Of a DNA stretch of 64,000 nucleotides, positions 38,454 through 51,896 are shown piece after piece. Below the pieces are notes generated by a model that ran no database searches, had not been told where the DNA came from, and saw only the letters and a list, made by a program, of their open reading frames with translations. The DNA is taken from assembly GCA_030704615.1 (NCBI GenBank), contig CM060734.1:1860001-1924000 (forward strand), read 5' to 3'. Made by a program: the position numbers and the translations under genes. The stretch's first letter is position 1, and every line of letters begins with the position of its first letter. This stretch comes from Takakia lepidozioides (taxonomy: Eukaryota; Plantae; Bryophyta).

Positions 38454-40679
38454 AAGAGATGAGTGATGATGGGGCGGGGAGAGGGGGAGAGATTGTGGGT
38501 AGCCTAGACGAAGTTGTAGAATGCTTGAGGTGCCAGTGACCAGTCCATCTAGAAAGAGATTTGGGAATTTCTGGAGGATTTTTCTTTCCCCCGGCTGCGA
38601 CCCTCAAGCCCAACAGACCCGCGCGTTCCTAGTCTGAAGCCCCGTCTGTGAAATCAACGAAAGGTTGATTATTCCTGACACGCCCATCTAGAAAGAAGAA
38701 GGGTCTGACATCACAGCCCGCCAAAGCTGCCAGTGTTGATAATAAGAAGCCTCTGCTGCATTATACCGTTCACCCCAAGGAGCAGAAAGGGCCTGGGGGA
38801 TATGGCATCTCCCCTCTCGCTCAGAAGAGCGCTGGAGCACGCTGCCATCTCTGCGATGGGTTCGTCGAAACAAGCTGTGTCCAACCGAATAAAGCACTTC
38901 ATGAGACATGGATGTCCGACCCTTTGAGGCTTCAACTCTTCAATGGTACCGCACAAATGTGGCAAAACTTCACTGTACACGAAATCTGAGCAGCAGCTGT
39001 GGATCCCAAGATGATACCACTCAGAATTTCTGCTTCACCTTACGCAACTACCCATGTGCAGTCACTAATCAAGTAGAGAAGAAATGAACGCCCACAAACA
39101 ATCCTGTATAGGGTAGAAGCTAGAAGCCACTATTATGGCTTGACAAGTTACTTAAATAACTTTCTGTACTTTTAACCTTTGAGCTCGTATTCTACCTCAA
39201 TAGAACGCTCTTTATATAAAGGTAGATTCCTTTAGTTGAGCACTAGCTTTGATAATGTCTTAAAGGCCTTAACCACTAAAGGACGAAGCGACCCATTGGT
39301 TAGGTTTTAGAAAAGTGTCTGGTTACCACTGGGGTTAAGCCTGATTTGGGCATGTTTAGGCTCATTGGATAGGTAATCGAGTCAGCTATGAGGTGGCATT
39401 TTCCAATTCGTCATTGGGCCTGGCCCCAGCCACGTGGAACACCTAGAGTCTGCCACTCTCGTGGTTTTCAGCCCCATTTTGGGCAGCTAACCTGCCCTCC
39501 ATCCTACGCGTCAACTAGGGTTAGGTTAGGGAGAAATTCCACGCACCCCCACTTGCACAGGGTGGCGCATCTCCCAACACCCTTTATTGCGCCCCCTCCA
39601 CCCTAAAGCGCCCCCATTCGCCGTGCCTCAGAAGGCCCCCATGCCTGTGCCCTACATACCTTAGGGCTACTGGCCAAAAGTATAGGCAAACATAGGTGCA
39701 CATGGAGAAGTCATGGGCAGGGGAAAAAATCATATGAAGGGAAGCTCTGATTGGCGCGAAAATATTTTTGTGCTTACACAAACCTGCCCACTACAGTACA
39801 ACCGGAGCGATTGACAATTCAACGGTTTAGATATTTTCACCGAATTTTCTAATACGGTTTTGTGCTTGCCCTTTTGAAATTGGGAAATTTGACCCCCCCA
39901 AATGGGCCATACAAAGCAGCCCACATGAGAACATGTCAGAAAAAGCTGAAATTTTCAGAAAAGCTGTGTTTTTTACCCCATTGTAAATAGGAAATTTGTT
40001 TTTGGCCCAACTTTCAACATTATATGCAATCCTGCGGGTCGATTTGGACCAGACTTTTTGCGGTCATAGCTGGGGTAGGTAGGAACATATTACAACGGTC
40101 AATTTTACAGGGCATGGGGAACTCAAGATATAAATTATTTAGTGGGGAAGGGTCAATTTTTGGGGGTGGACCCAAAAATTGGGGTTAGTCCTTTACGAGT
40201 TACATTAGTTCCCAACAAGTGGGGTACATATACCCCTTTGGTGGAGGTGTTCCTTTTATGGCTCAAAGACAATGGAGCCCCTCATGTGGTTCATACATGC
40301 ACCAAACATGGCTATATGTTCCGGTCTACTATTTCCTTTTTCCTTGTTTTTTAAAGAGAAAGGGGACATAGGCTCTTTTAATCAAATTAAATAAATAAGA
40401 GTTCACATAAGGTGGAAAAAATAACCACCAGGGAGGCCGTGAAGGCTCACCAAGGGGGAACATCCCCGAGACCGTAGCAAACTAGCTAAACTAGGTTGAA
40501 AGAAAGGGAGATAGATGAAGTGGGGAGTGAATTGGGAAGTAGAGAAACTCTATTCCTAAGAGACCAAAGTGGAAGCCCAATGAAGGCTGGAATTCATAAG
40601 TCGAAGATGATTCCTAGTGTAAGGCCACACAATGCCTGATCGTAACAGCATATACCAAAGCACTCGTAGCTTTCCAAAG

Positions 40680-41030
40680 GTTCCACAATGTGTGGGCCCT
40701 AAGGCAAGCCCCACACAGGGCAACGACAAAGCATATGACTAGGCAACAAATTCAACAGGGAGGAAGGGGGGGGTGGGGGGGGGGGGGGGGGGGGGGGGGT
40801 GGGAAAGACTCCCAATTGGAGTAAAAGGTTAACAGAGCTCTCCAGACTTCTGTTAGAGAGTGGGCAATCAATCAAGCAATGCTCAATGGACTTTGGCTGG
40901 GCCAGGCATAGGCTGCAAGAGGTATTGTTGAGCTGAGTGGCTGTGTTGACAGGAAGAATTCTGTGGGCCAGCTTCCAAAGGAAGACCGATATTTTTGCTG
41001 CTCTCTGTTTTTCCATATGTCTTTCCAAAT
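40680..41030 (-). mobile_element. LINE (L1-like) C-terminal zf-RVT fragment
   Basis: KISVFLWKLAHRILPV…CSLCLAQPKSIEHCLIDCP, followed by an LWNLWKA-type motif near 40690. Confidence 0.85.
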
Positions 41031-42385
41031 CAGGTCCCAGTCAGCCTGTGCGAGATTTAGATGCCCTTACTTCGCTGTCCATTTAGGAAGGAAAGATCTG
41101 TCTGGCCTCAACAGCGAGTAACCCATCTTAACGGAGTATGCAAAGAATGGTGAGTTATGGTCATCCCTCCAGCTCCACTCCCCTGGGTCAAACTACAGGG
41201 CAGCCAAGGGTTAGGAAAGAAACCATGTGAAAGAAGAGTGAATGGCCCACTGCAGTTCCTGCCCATTCAGCGGGGTTGGATTGGCATTCCTCTTTGCATC
41301 CAATACCCTAATATGAAACAAAGATTGCTTATGCATGTCCATAAGCCTCTGAGCTGCAAGTTGCCCTCCAGATCCGGCATAAAAGCAATCCATGTAGCAA
41401 TGTCAATGTCTCCCTCCACAAAAAGGACCAGCAAAACCATTATTGTTGCGTTATTAGTTGCAGCCATCCATGTGGGCAGGGTCCATGAGTGACCTCCGTC
41501 AGCCAGCAAGGACTCTATGTAATCTAGAATTTATGCAAGCAGTGAGGGCCAAGCGTTGGCACAACGACGCAACCGCGTGAGCGTGTGAGCGTACGCTCAC
41601 GCCAGGTGACGTGGCGTGAGCGTGATGCCAACAGGTTGCCATGGTGTCGAATGTTGACGTGATGCCACCTCAGCATCCGCCACGTCAACAGAAACATACG
41701 GCGCCTATACCCGAGGGTCCTATGACCGTGGGATGAACTTAGGCAACATGAAACCAAAATACCATCAAGAATACCATTAAAATACCCGAAATGGGAAATA
41801 AGCCTAAAACTGTGGCATCCATTCCACAACATTCTGCAATTACAATTGTAAGTTTTACAATAACAATTACAATGAGGACAAAATAACCTCATAAGGCTCC
41901 ATAGAGGCTGACCCATGAAGACCTTGCTTCCTCCCCAAATAACAAAGAGAAGATGGATCACGGTATCAAAAAGAAGCCTGCACTACATAGCAACATAGCA
42001 GAGATACACGGTAGACCAAGATGGAAGACCATATAATAGGAAAATAGCATCCAACCAGAGGGCACATCTGCAAACACCTTCCCCCAACCATGCAGAACGC
42101 CTTATGGGACAGAGACAAAAGGTCTGAGTAGACCGAGCTTACAAGTTTAGCAGAAGATGGTAGCTAGGAGCCCATTTTGACGTCCAAAGGTGCCATGATG
42201 CATGAGTTCTAAGAACTTGCCACATAGAGCACACGCCAAATGCCAAAACAGAGCAGAAGTGATGATCAGTATATATATATATATATATATTGGTTCCCCT
42301 CCCCGCGGAGAACTGAGTGCGTCAACGCACTCAATTTCTTCATGACCATGATTTCATGATGATCATCGACGACATCGACGACCGT

Positions 42386-43414
42386 GTTGTGCGGGTCCGG
42401 ATTTTGACCCCGGGTACCCGGCGGGTTAGGATCAGCGTTTTTTTTATTGGTGATCATTTGGCCGCCTGAAAATCCCCTTGGCGAATGAAACAAAGGAAAA
42501 AGAGGTCCAAATAAGGCAATTTTCGCCAAAAACTGGGGGGTCTCAAAAGGTCGCCTGTGGACCCACGGGGGCAGCACAGATATAGCCATGGCGGGCCCCA
42601 TGCAGGATGATCTGACGGGCCAGATGAGGCGTGGGTTTAGGATTGTGGGGCCTCCTCCGTTTCCCAAGGAGATGCTCGTGCCTGTCTTGCGAGAACTATA
42701 CGCCTCATTTGTACCAATTAGCCTATGGTTTTCACATAGAAAGAGTTCCATTCGGCTTTCAACTATTTATGTACTTCACCTTCTATTGCTCATCAACATC
42801 CATTTGATTCGCAAAAAATGGCAAGGGTGGAAATACATGTAGCCTACCAATTCAAGGAAAATTACCTAGAGTGGGCCACTTGCACTACCCTACACCCAAT
42901 ATATATAGCCACTCCTACCCCTTTTCAAAATCCCTAAAAAAAACCCTGGTTAGGGTCCGGGTTACCTATCCGGATCTGGACCCGTGCCATCACCAAAAAC
43001 TCGGACCCTAACCCGGGTCAGACCCTCGTATGGACTACAGTGGATCGTTAATGTTGAAGACAAAGTTGGACGTTGAAATATCTCATTGCTCAACATTACA
43101 TGTTGTCGCGGGGAGTTTCGGAGGCTTACAACCATGCTTATACCCCACCATCGTCAGCAGAAGCTGCAAACCTTCGCCTTGAGAGTATGACTAATTACAT
43201 TGATATCCTGCAGTTTGACGCTATGGTAGACCCTATTTCTTTTGGCATACAATATTTGCATCTCTTTACAAGTACTATGAATATAGAAGTGGTGTATCTT
43301 AAAGTTCGACATCGCAGTCTTGGGCGCGATAATGGTCGATGGAGGGCAAGAGAGCCGCTCCTCATTCTAAACACGTTTTTTAATGAACCCGGAACCGGGC
43401 CCGGACCCGCCAAC
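42386..43414. mobile_element. Possible non-autonomous TIR element carrying a duplicated segment
   Basis: Imperfect inverted ends GTTGTGCGGGTCCGG / CCGGACCCGCCAAC, many ACCCG/CGGGT subterminal motifs. No TSD found. Confidence 0.4.
43000..43376 (+). repeat. Dispersed duplication, copy 1 (copy 2 at 51897-52288)
   Basis: Near-identical from CTCGGACCCT… to …CATTCTAAACACG; copy 1 lacks about 17 bp present in copy 2. Confidence 0.95.
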
Positions 43415-45059
43415 TAGGTCCAGAACCCGTTAAACTCGCTACTCGCGGGCCAGAGTTGGTATAGCCAATTGTTATAGCCATCTTCCCTAGTTCACTAGTT
43501 GACTTTCTAGAGAGTTCTACTTTCTAGATAGTTCTACTATTGTCGGTGGGTTGAAAAGCAACTCACTAGTGGGTGTGGCTGCTGCAGGAGTATACTTATA
43601 GGAACAGTAACCAAGAAGGTTGGGGCTTGGTGAGAGTGGGGCCAGGTAGGATCGCGGCTTGGGGCTCGTCTTCAAGGTGGAGCGCTTGGGACTGGTGGAG
43701 GGTGGGACCAGTTGCGTGAAGTGCTTGGGGTTGACAAAGTAGGGCTGGGAGAATTGGGATCGTCGTGCTTCTGAAGGGGACTCAATATTGCCGTGTTTCC
43801 GTATATAACCGTGTTTGTCGTGTTTGGAAGCTTTGTCGTGTTCACCTCTTCTTCCAAAATATACGCTTCCACGGTCATAGGACCCCCTCTAAACCCTGTC
43901 CCCGGTTATAGGACTTGTTTCTCCCTCCTCTAAACCTTGGGCTCACGCTTGGAGGGCAAAGCGTGAGCCGAGCTCCTGGGCTTACGCGGCTAGGCTTACA
44001 CCGTAGCTACGTCCGAGAACTGCGGAGCACGGAGCAGACCTGACATGAGTTTTTTAAAGATCCTTCACGATGGTGGGACAACCGCAATCGCAAGGTGTGG
44101 CTTTTTTTTAATGTACGATATGAAGAAGTTCGTCCATCCTGCAAATGTGGGTTCTTGGCTCCTGTTAGTACCATGATTTCGTATTATTCCTGATGTTTAC
44201 AAGGTTCTTGGGAGAGTCAGCTTGGTCTTAGCAGGCCATTGCCCGCTCAGCTGCACCGTGGTGGTTCTCACAGACCAATCTGACATTACCTAACTACAGA
44301 CACAAGCAGCACACACGAGAGGTCCTTTTGGGTTGATGCTCCGTCAAATCTTCCATGGGTCATGTCACAAGGTCGAGGGCAATGTCGTGAGGGCACCTTC
44401 TTCTTCAACCTCTTTCAGCCTGTTTGGCCCTCTCATCAGACTCAGCCCTGAGATGCATATGGAATTCTGTAAATTAGCTCGTTGGGTGGATATGTGGTAG
44501 TTTGGGGTGACTTTGACAAGTTTCTGCCGATGTGGCAGCAAGAAAGTATCCAAAAACAAATAACATAGATGAGGAGAAGCATTGGAATGAACACTTTTCC
44601 AACCCCAATGGAGACAAAAAGGTGAATGCCTGTTGGACTACAGAGAGAAGCATATGCAATTCGGAATTGGAACTACTGTAATAAGTAGGGTTGGGGTGTT
44701 TGCTGCAAGAACTTCACGCCGTCAGTGTCAGCTGCTAGCATCATGGCTGAGGATGTTATTCATGATTTGTACACAGGCAGGGATAGCATAAGGACCAGGG
44801 ATAGAGGTCCAGATGAACATCCAAGAGGGCCGGATTTCAAACACAAGATTACTTCTGATTCCCTGTAGATCAGTAGCTACAAGAAATCTGCGTGGGTAGA
44901 TGGTCAACTGGAAACAGCAGCGGCAGCAGCACAATTGATAGAACAAGGCACTGCTAATGAGGGTACATTCTTCAACACATTTCAGCCTGTTTTTCCCTGT
45001 TATCAGGGTCGGCCCTAAATTGTCATGTTGAATTCTGCAACTTGTTATTCGGCAAGTTA

Positions 45060-45810
45060 CCTCTATGTACATGAGTAGGGGCAGGGCTGGAGGCACCGGA
45101 GACCTGTGAGCAAATGATATGGAAGGGGGTGCAACTAGACAAGGTCACATTCATTTCTCTTTGCATGCATGTGTGAGCCTGGCAACCCTGGAAATGGGCA
45201 AAGAGGTCCATGGGACATCATCAAGGGTGGAACTGTACGACGTGTCATTCTGAAAAATACCCTTGTTGATATGTATGCCAAATGCGAGAACACTGGGGAT
45301 GCAAAGGGAGTGTTTACCAACTTGGCTGACTGGGTTGTGGTGTCGTAGAGCACAATGATCCCAAGATATGTACATCAGCCCAAGAAGGGGTGGAGGATTT
45401 GGAGACCTGTGCGCAAATGCACAGCAGAAGGGGGTGTTCAGCCAGACCTGGTCACATCTTTCATGGAGCGCAATGATCACAAAATATGTGTATGAGTAGG
45501 GGCAGGGCTGGAGGCTTTGGAGACCTATGAGCAAATGATATGGAAGGGGGTGCAGCTACACCAGGTCACATTCATTTCTTTTTGCATGCATGCGTCAGCT
45601 TGGCAGCCCTGGAAATGGGCAAGGAGGTCCTTGGGTCATCGTGATGGCTGGAACTGTACAACATGTCATTCTGAAAAATACCCTCGTTGACTTGTATGCT
45701 AAAGGTGGGAGCACTGTGGACGCAAAGGGAGTGTTTAACAACATGGCTGAATGGGTTGTGGTGTCGTGGAGCACAATGATCACAAGATATGTACATCAGC
45801 CCGGCAAGGA
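45060..45810 (+). pseudogene. Degenerate PLS-PPR repeats
   Basis: VILKNTLVDMYAKC…DAKGVF…VVVSWSTMI twice, with stops and frameshifts. Confidence 0.85.
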
Positions 45811-46009
45811 ATCTCTGCTTTGCTGGTAGGACTTAGAAAGTGTCAACAACCACCCATATCATTCCGCGGACCCCCTGCACTAACTGCAGCCGGGTAGGCG
45901 GTTCATCGAGCCCAACCTACACCGTGACTTACCACGACCCCTCCCCTAGCTAGTATGTCGTCACCCTGGCCGCGCGCGCCCAGGGCTCGTCACAGGTGTT
46001 CGAGTTCAG

Positions 46010-46352
46010 AGGTACTTGTTTGTGGAGAGGGATGAGACTGCACGACGCGTCTCACTGCGCCATGTTGCTCAATTGGTGCAGTAGTATCTTGATTTGTTGC
46101 CGGTGTCTGCAATTCGTGGATACCAGCAGACATTGCCTGACTCTCCAGCATATATCTTAGAGAATGTGCCACTGATGGGTGATACTCGGGCCAAGGTGAT
46201 GGCCAGTGTGCATCAAGTTCGGTCTTGGCTTGGGTCAACAGTGTTGCTGGATGCAGCTGCAGTGGGGTCACGGGCTCATCGCCCACGACTATAATGGACC
46301 AATTTGATGCCACCTGCACTCCTCAAGCTTGCATATGATGGGGTGCAACGGC
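46010..46352 (+). pseudogene. Second, internally deleted fragment of the retrotransposon DNMT domain
   Basis: Nucleotide-level match to about 4404-4526 and 4710-4920: RYLFVERDETARRVS…YQQTLP / SPAYILENVPLMGD…DAAAVGSRAHRPRL; two premature stops. Confidence 0.93.
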
Positions 46353-48113
46353 GGGGAGGCAGCAAATTATGAGAATGGGGAAACGCGCCACAGTTCAACA
46401 GTGGCGGCCCATCAATGGCAGTGACAAGGAGGGTACTGTTGGATGATAGAGGATAGAGAGAGTAGCCAGAGAGAGAGGAGGGAAGGAAGAGAATTATGGA
46501 ATGAAGCTTGATTATGTTAGTTCAGGCGTTAGATGTGGAGTGAGGGCAAGTCCATGGAGACGTCTCCGCCGTCTCACGGAGGTACTGAAAGCTGCGACAG
46601 GCTTCAGTACACCTCCAGATTGATGAGACGAGACGAGATGGTTGAGCTGGGAGGAGCTTGAAAATTGCTAAGTCCTGCAGCTCTCTCACTGCAACATGCG
46701 GAGACATCGGGGCGCTCTTTTCACCCTTTGCGTAGTCCTTTTTTTTAATCTCTATTCTATTCTAATCTCTCACTATATTCACTCATTTCTACTCACTCTA
46801 CTAAATGGTCCTATTTGTTATTGGGGCCCTGGAGGGAGCCCCCTAAATACTAACTAAGATACTTACTATATATGTATGAGTAGTGAGGTGAGCACCTCCT
46901 TATATAGCCTTGGGAGGCGGCGGAGGATTCTTCCAAAAGACCCTATAGACTTCTAAGACACCCCCACGTGTCCTACCCTACATCAACCACCCCACTATTT
47001 CTTCCATCTCACACCTTAGGCTCTACATTGTTAAAAGCTTCATGCCATGGAGCTTCTAAGGTTGTTCCAAAAACAATTTTGTTTTAACCCAAAAATTGAT
47101 TAACACTTTGGCTAAATGATTGATCATAATTAAACTCCCAATCTATGACATCTGATCGTCAATGTTACTTTGGTTGGAGCAACAATAATAATATAGTGCC
47201 TTCTAGAGTGCTGAACCAACATACCGTACCACTAGTCTAGTCTTCAGCTTCAATGGGCTTTATTGGTATTACACTTGGTAACTCTGGTAGCAGGTCCTGC
47301 ATGGCTAGACCATTGTTTCTTTGTTATTGGCTTGCTCAAACTAATGGCCACAATGAAGGCAGTCCAGCAGTAAGCTTGAATTGGTCTTTGCACAAGACTT
47401 TGAAGTTGCACTGTTTAATTAGCTCTTTGAATATTAATAAGTGTTACTTTGGGCTGAGAAGGGCCAAGAGAGTGATCAGCTGCGTCATTGGGAACTGTGA
47501 GTTGTTCCTTCCCACCTCAAGCAAGTTGGTTGTGATAGTCAATTTCAAATATTATACCTCAAAGAAGAGAAGTTAACCATCATATGAGGTGGGTTCCATT
47601 TCAGTAATCAATCTTTACTCCAAGCATCTACACTTTTAGAGACACTTTTGCAATTTTTGTTCCATTAATTCCCCCCTTGAGCCGCCTAAGCATATTGCCA
47701 TAAAGTTCATAGCATGACAAAAATATCTTGTTTCGAGTTATATTAGGAAAGAGCATGTACCTTCATGTCCACGTCAATATCATTTGAGAGGCTTTTGAGC
47801 ATTTGTTGTCCATGTTAGTAATGTGATGGAATTCTATGGCTTCGCAATTAAGCTTATTGATTATCAATCAATCGATGACTGATTGTCGAACATGGATGAA
47901 CTGATTTGTGGGGTTTATTAAATCAATGGAAAACCCAATATGCAATGGATCGTTCTACAATGAATGAGTGAAATAAACTAGACCATAGTAGGTTTATGTG
48001 TTTATTGGTGCTCGTACTCTTACCATTATCAGTGCATGGTAATATACACGCCCATGCACCATGTTAGGAAGATGGGAAAACTTACCTTGCCCTAGCTGGC
48101 AACCAAAGTGAGT

Positions 48114-48138
48114 GAGAGAGAGAGAGAGAGAGAGAGAG
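48114..48138. repeat. (GA)n microsatellite
   Basis: Seen directly. Confidence 0.9.
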
Positions 48139-48139
48139 A

Positions 48140-50100
48140 AGACTCCAGTCGAAGCCGGCGTAACTAAGAGCCACTTTGCCTTGCGGCTACTGCCCCCTTT
48201 CGGGGGTGGGCCCTATAAAAAGAAAGGTGTCCCGTGGGACACCGGGTGACCGTTGAGAGTAGATACCACTGGGGGATCTAGGGTGCGTTTGAAGTGCCAG
48301 ATTCCAATTGACGTTTGTTGGTGATAATAGCTGTGAGTGAATGGAGTGCCGTGGTATGAATTGCTTTGAAGCATTTGTGGATGGGAAGAATGGGATTTTT
48401 GAAGTTATCGTGTATGTCATTGATACCGGCGTTATGGATGCCGCCTCGGGTGCCGGCGGTGATAACGGTTAACGAACCGGTTTTCCAGCCACGCCTTCGG
48501 ATTGCAAGGATAAGCGGAGCATATTTTTTTATGTTTTGCTAAGATTGAGTCATTTGGGTAACGATCATGGCAAAATGTGAATTCGATGAAATGGATGGTG
48601 AGGTGGGAGGTAGAGTGTTAATGGGTAGGCCTTGTACAAAGGGTATGTCCGGACAAAGCCTAGCGGGGCATGAGCATGGTGATCGGGTACATATGCATGG
48701 TAGCAACCATGGTGGTACAGTGTGGTCGGGTGGCCGCCCTTGGTAGGTGCCAGCGTTCATGAGCGAGAACCATCGGGTTTCAGCACATTTTAGAAAGAGC
48801 TTCTGGAGGTGCCAGACTGCCTGGTTATGTCGCGTGATGTGAAGGCCATGTATGATTGGGTGCGTACATAGGCTGAGAAGATGTGGCCAAGTGTCACGAG
48901 CTTGGTGGGTGATAGAACATAGCGGGCAGTATGGGGATGGGAACAGATGTGGCCAAAAGATGTGTTTGCGCTGGTGGCCCATGTAATGGGCATACCGGAA
49001 TTTGAGAGTTTGTCGGATTTGTACATCAATGGTAGCTTTGATTAGCCAAAAGTGATTTGAGAGTTTATGGTGCAATACATTGGATTGAGTCCATTTTTGG
49101 ATGTGTACTTTGGTGTGGCTGATGGAGGCTGCAGCTTGTTTATTTGCTTCTCTGGTCAGAGTGGTCAGAAGGTTTCAGACTGGTCTGGGTGCAGGGGGGT
49201 CCGGAACGGGGTGTATGAACCAGAAGGGGTGGGTGTGGGCAATGTGGATAGAGTCGTTCGTGGGTTCAACTCTGGGTTGGGAGGCGCCGAGTTAAGTGAG
49301 TAGGTCTGCTTCTTCATTACCAAGAATGCCGGTGTGTGAGTGGACTTTGAGTAGATGGACTGGGTGTTTTATGGAAGTGGCCTTTGAACAATGGCGGCAA
49401 TGAGGTTGCAGTCGGGGTGATGATGATGGGAAGAAGGGCAGGAGTGGTTTCGGATAAGATATAGTGAGGTGAGGCTATCGGTGAAGATATAGTATGGGGG
49501 GGGGAAGGCGTCTAGTAGGGAAAGTGCATCATGCATGGCCATCAGTTCAGCTCTTAGAATGGTGGCAGAGCCAGGGAGCCGGAGGGCAACACCCTGACCG
49601 CTGCCGGCGTGAAAAATTCCATACCGTGCATTAGGTTTGGTGAGGGATCCATCAGTATAGTGTGAGTTGGTGGGGGGATACTTAAGGATGGTGTGCTCCT
49701 GATATATTGAGGGAATGGGGGAGGGGGTGTTGTCGATATTTCCTTTGGGGGGGGGGGGGGCGTGGCAGCGCCATGCCCCAGGCTTTGTTTGTTTTAATCC
49801 GGGAACGTGTGGTGGCTATGTGGATGTGGGAGGACCTGTATCTGGGTAATGGATGGTGGCCTTGATTTTGTGGTTTATGGTTAGCAGCTGTTCGAGCTGG
49901 TGAAAAAAGGGTGTCGGTATTGTCAGGGGAAACAAGTGCCAATAAAACCCTAGGGGTTTATCAAACGAACAATGAACGGACGGAGGTAGGATGAAGTTGG
50001 AAGGAATGAGTGGGGCAAACAATGATGAATGCGCCAAGGGCATGGGCAGATGAAGAGAATGGGGAAGATGGAAGAGTTGGGTATTACTTATGTGCTTCAT
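48140..50100 (-). mobile_element. 5'-truncated non-LTR retrotransposon: RNase H, CCHC zinc finger, restriction-like endonuclease (Dualen/RandI-like order)
   Basis: RNase H YTDGS (about 49650), RAEL, IFTDS, KVHSHTGILGNEEAD (about 49310); CPLC…HLLSLC; RHNQAV; LCPDI; IEFTFC…KHKKYAPL…GW…ITAGTRGGIH. The 3' end abuts a (TC)n tract. Confidence 0.82.
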
Positions 50101-51896
50101 TACGACAAAGGATGAATGGATTATGAACAGTCAGCATCAGAGACAGTTCATCGGTGGGGGGCAACATGCGTGATTTCACTAAGGAGGGCAAACGAGACTA
50201 CATGGATGAATGAACAGTGAAGCAGGATGAAGGTCGAGGAGATGGCAACATGCAGGGCATTGATGCAATACAGATCAGTGGCTGAGGGCCTTGAATCGAC
50301 AGGGTACATGACTAAGCAGATGCTGATAAATACGTTTTGAGCTTAAGGATAATATCAAGACCTCGTTAGTTGCCACTTGGCCATGTATTAAACACACAAG
50401 AGAGAGGTACACCCAAGGCGGGTAATGCGTTTAGTATTAGAATAATCAGTTGAGCGGTGATCAAAGTAGAGTGGCTCCAACTAAGGGGCTAACCTACTAG
50501 ATTTTGGAGGGTACAAGGCAAGTAAGCAGGAAGACAACATGGCATTGATAATTATGGGAATCATGACTATCGGAGAGTGAGTGCAGATGGTAGACTGAGA
50601 GCTGGAGAGAGAAGATGGCCGCAAGAGGGTGGTCTGCTCATGATGGACGTTGATAGCAGGAACTTAGGAAGAGATCAGAGGAGAGATTAGTGTTGTACTC
50701 CAGTGACGAGAGAATACATACGCACATTTTGGGTTCACCTTGGTCACAGGATGGCTGAGCATTGTGTTGGTTCCGATTGTTGAGATATATAGAAGGCTCG
50801 TAGTTTATCAGAGAGGGGTCCGATGTTCCCGCTGGCGACAACAAGTGGTCGTGTTAGTGAGAGAGAATAGTGAGGGTAGCGTAAGTATTCAAACAACATG
50901 CATGCTACGGGTGACGGTGCCGAGAGCGACATCGTGGACTAGCCACACGGGCGAAATGGGAAGGAAGTAAATGAGCGATCTAGGACTTGGAGAGCATAGC
51001 CAAAGGGCCATCTGGATGATGTCAATCATTTAGCACGAACAAGAACAAGAGGGCGAGTAAGCCAGATTCAGCCAGTTAGGCATAGCCTTGTAGAGGCGGA
51101 TAAGGTGATAATGGGATCATCCAAACGCTGATATGGCTGTGCATACAAAAGGGCTGACAGAGGACTGCAGGCGCCCCGGGCCGCGCCACCCCATGGGGTC
51201 ACGAAATATTGTTTGAACAACGGTCACGGGTTGATAAGAAGAGAAACGAACGAACAACAAGAGATAGCAATTAAGCAAGTTGCCAGGTCCAGTCTAGGTG
51301 TCATGATGTTTTCTTGCTTCCGCTGCGGCTCATGTAGCATCGAAGCTGGACTGATGGCTTGTCTGATCAAGAGGAAGTGCTAGATTCTATCCCGGTGGGT
51401 GTGAAACAGGGCCCCCGTCTTTGGTATCAGAGCTGCCGATCGCGGCCATTCGAGTTCAAGCCGGCGGACCAGAGGGCTGCCGATCTAGTTACACAATGGA
51501 TGCATAGTTCTAAATATACTACACATGGGCCAAACATTGGTGATTTGGTCTTACGTATAGAGAGTTTTGGTCGCATCTCAATTGCACGTTTGAATCCGCT
51601 GTCTCTTTACTGTACACCAGGGGATATAGCGATTCGTATCGTGCACACGGGTGGGGGAACCTACGCAAAAACATGGATTCTAGCCCATGATCGTAGTACT
51701 TGGGTGGATGCAGAAATAGAAGCAACAGATCATAAAAGCCATGTCTGATCAGTCCATTTCGGACAACAAGTCTGAACTTCACAATCACCCGATCGAACAT
51801 ACACTAGAAGACGTAGATCCCGAATTGGCTGTACTTCATAGACTTCCCGAACTCGGGGACCCGAAGACTCTAGCCGGTACTCACGGACCAGAGGTA

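Noticed and set aside
39269-40203. piggyBac-like element (TTAA-CCACTAAAGGAC … GTCCTTTACGAG-TTAC)
   Set aside because: Only 9 of 12 TIR bases match and the right TSD is imperfect; insufficient support.
43541-44045. Possible solo LTR (TGTC…GACA)
   Set aside because: No matching TSD, PBS, PPT or second copy in the window.
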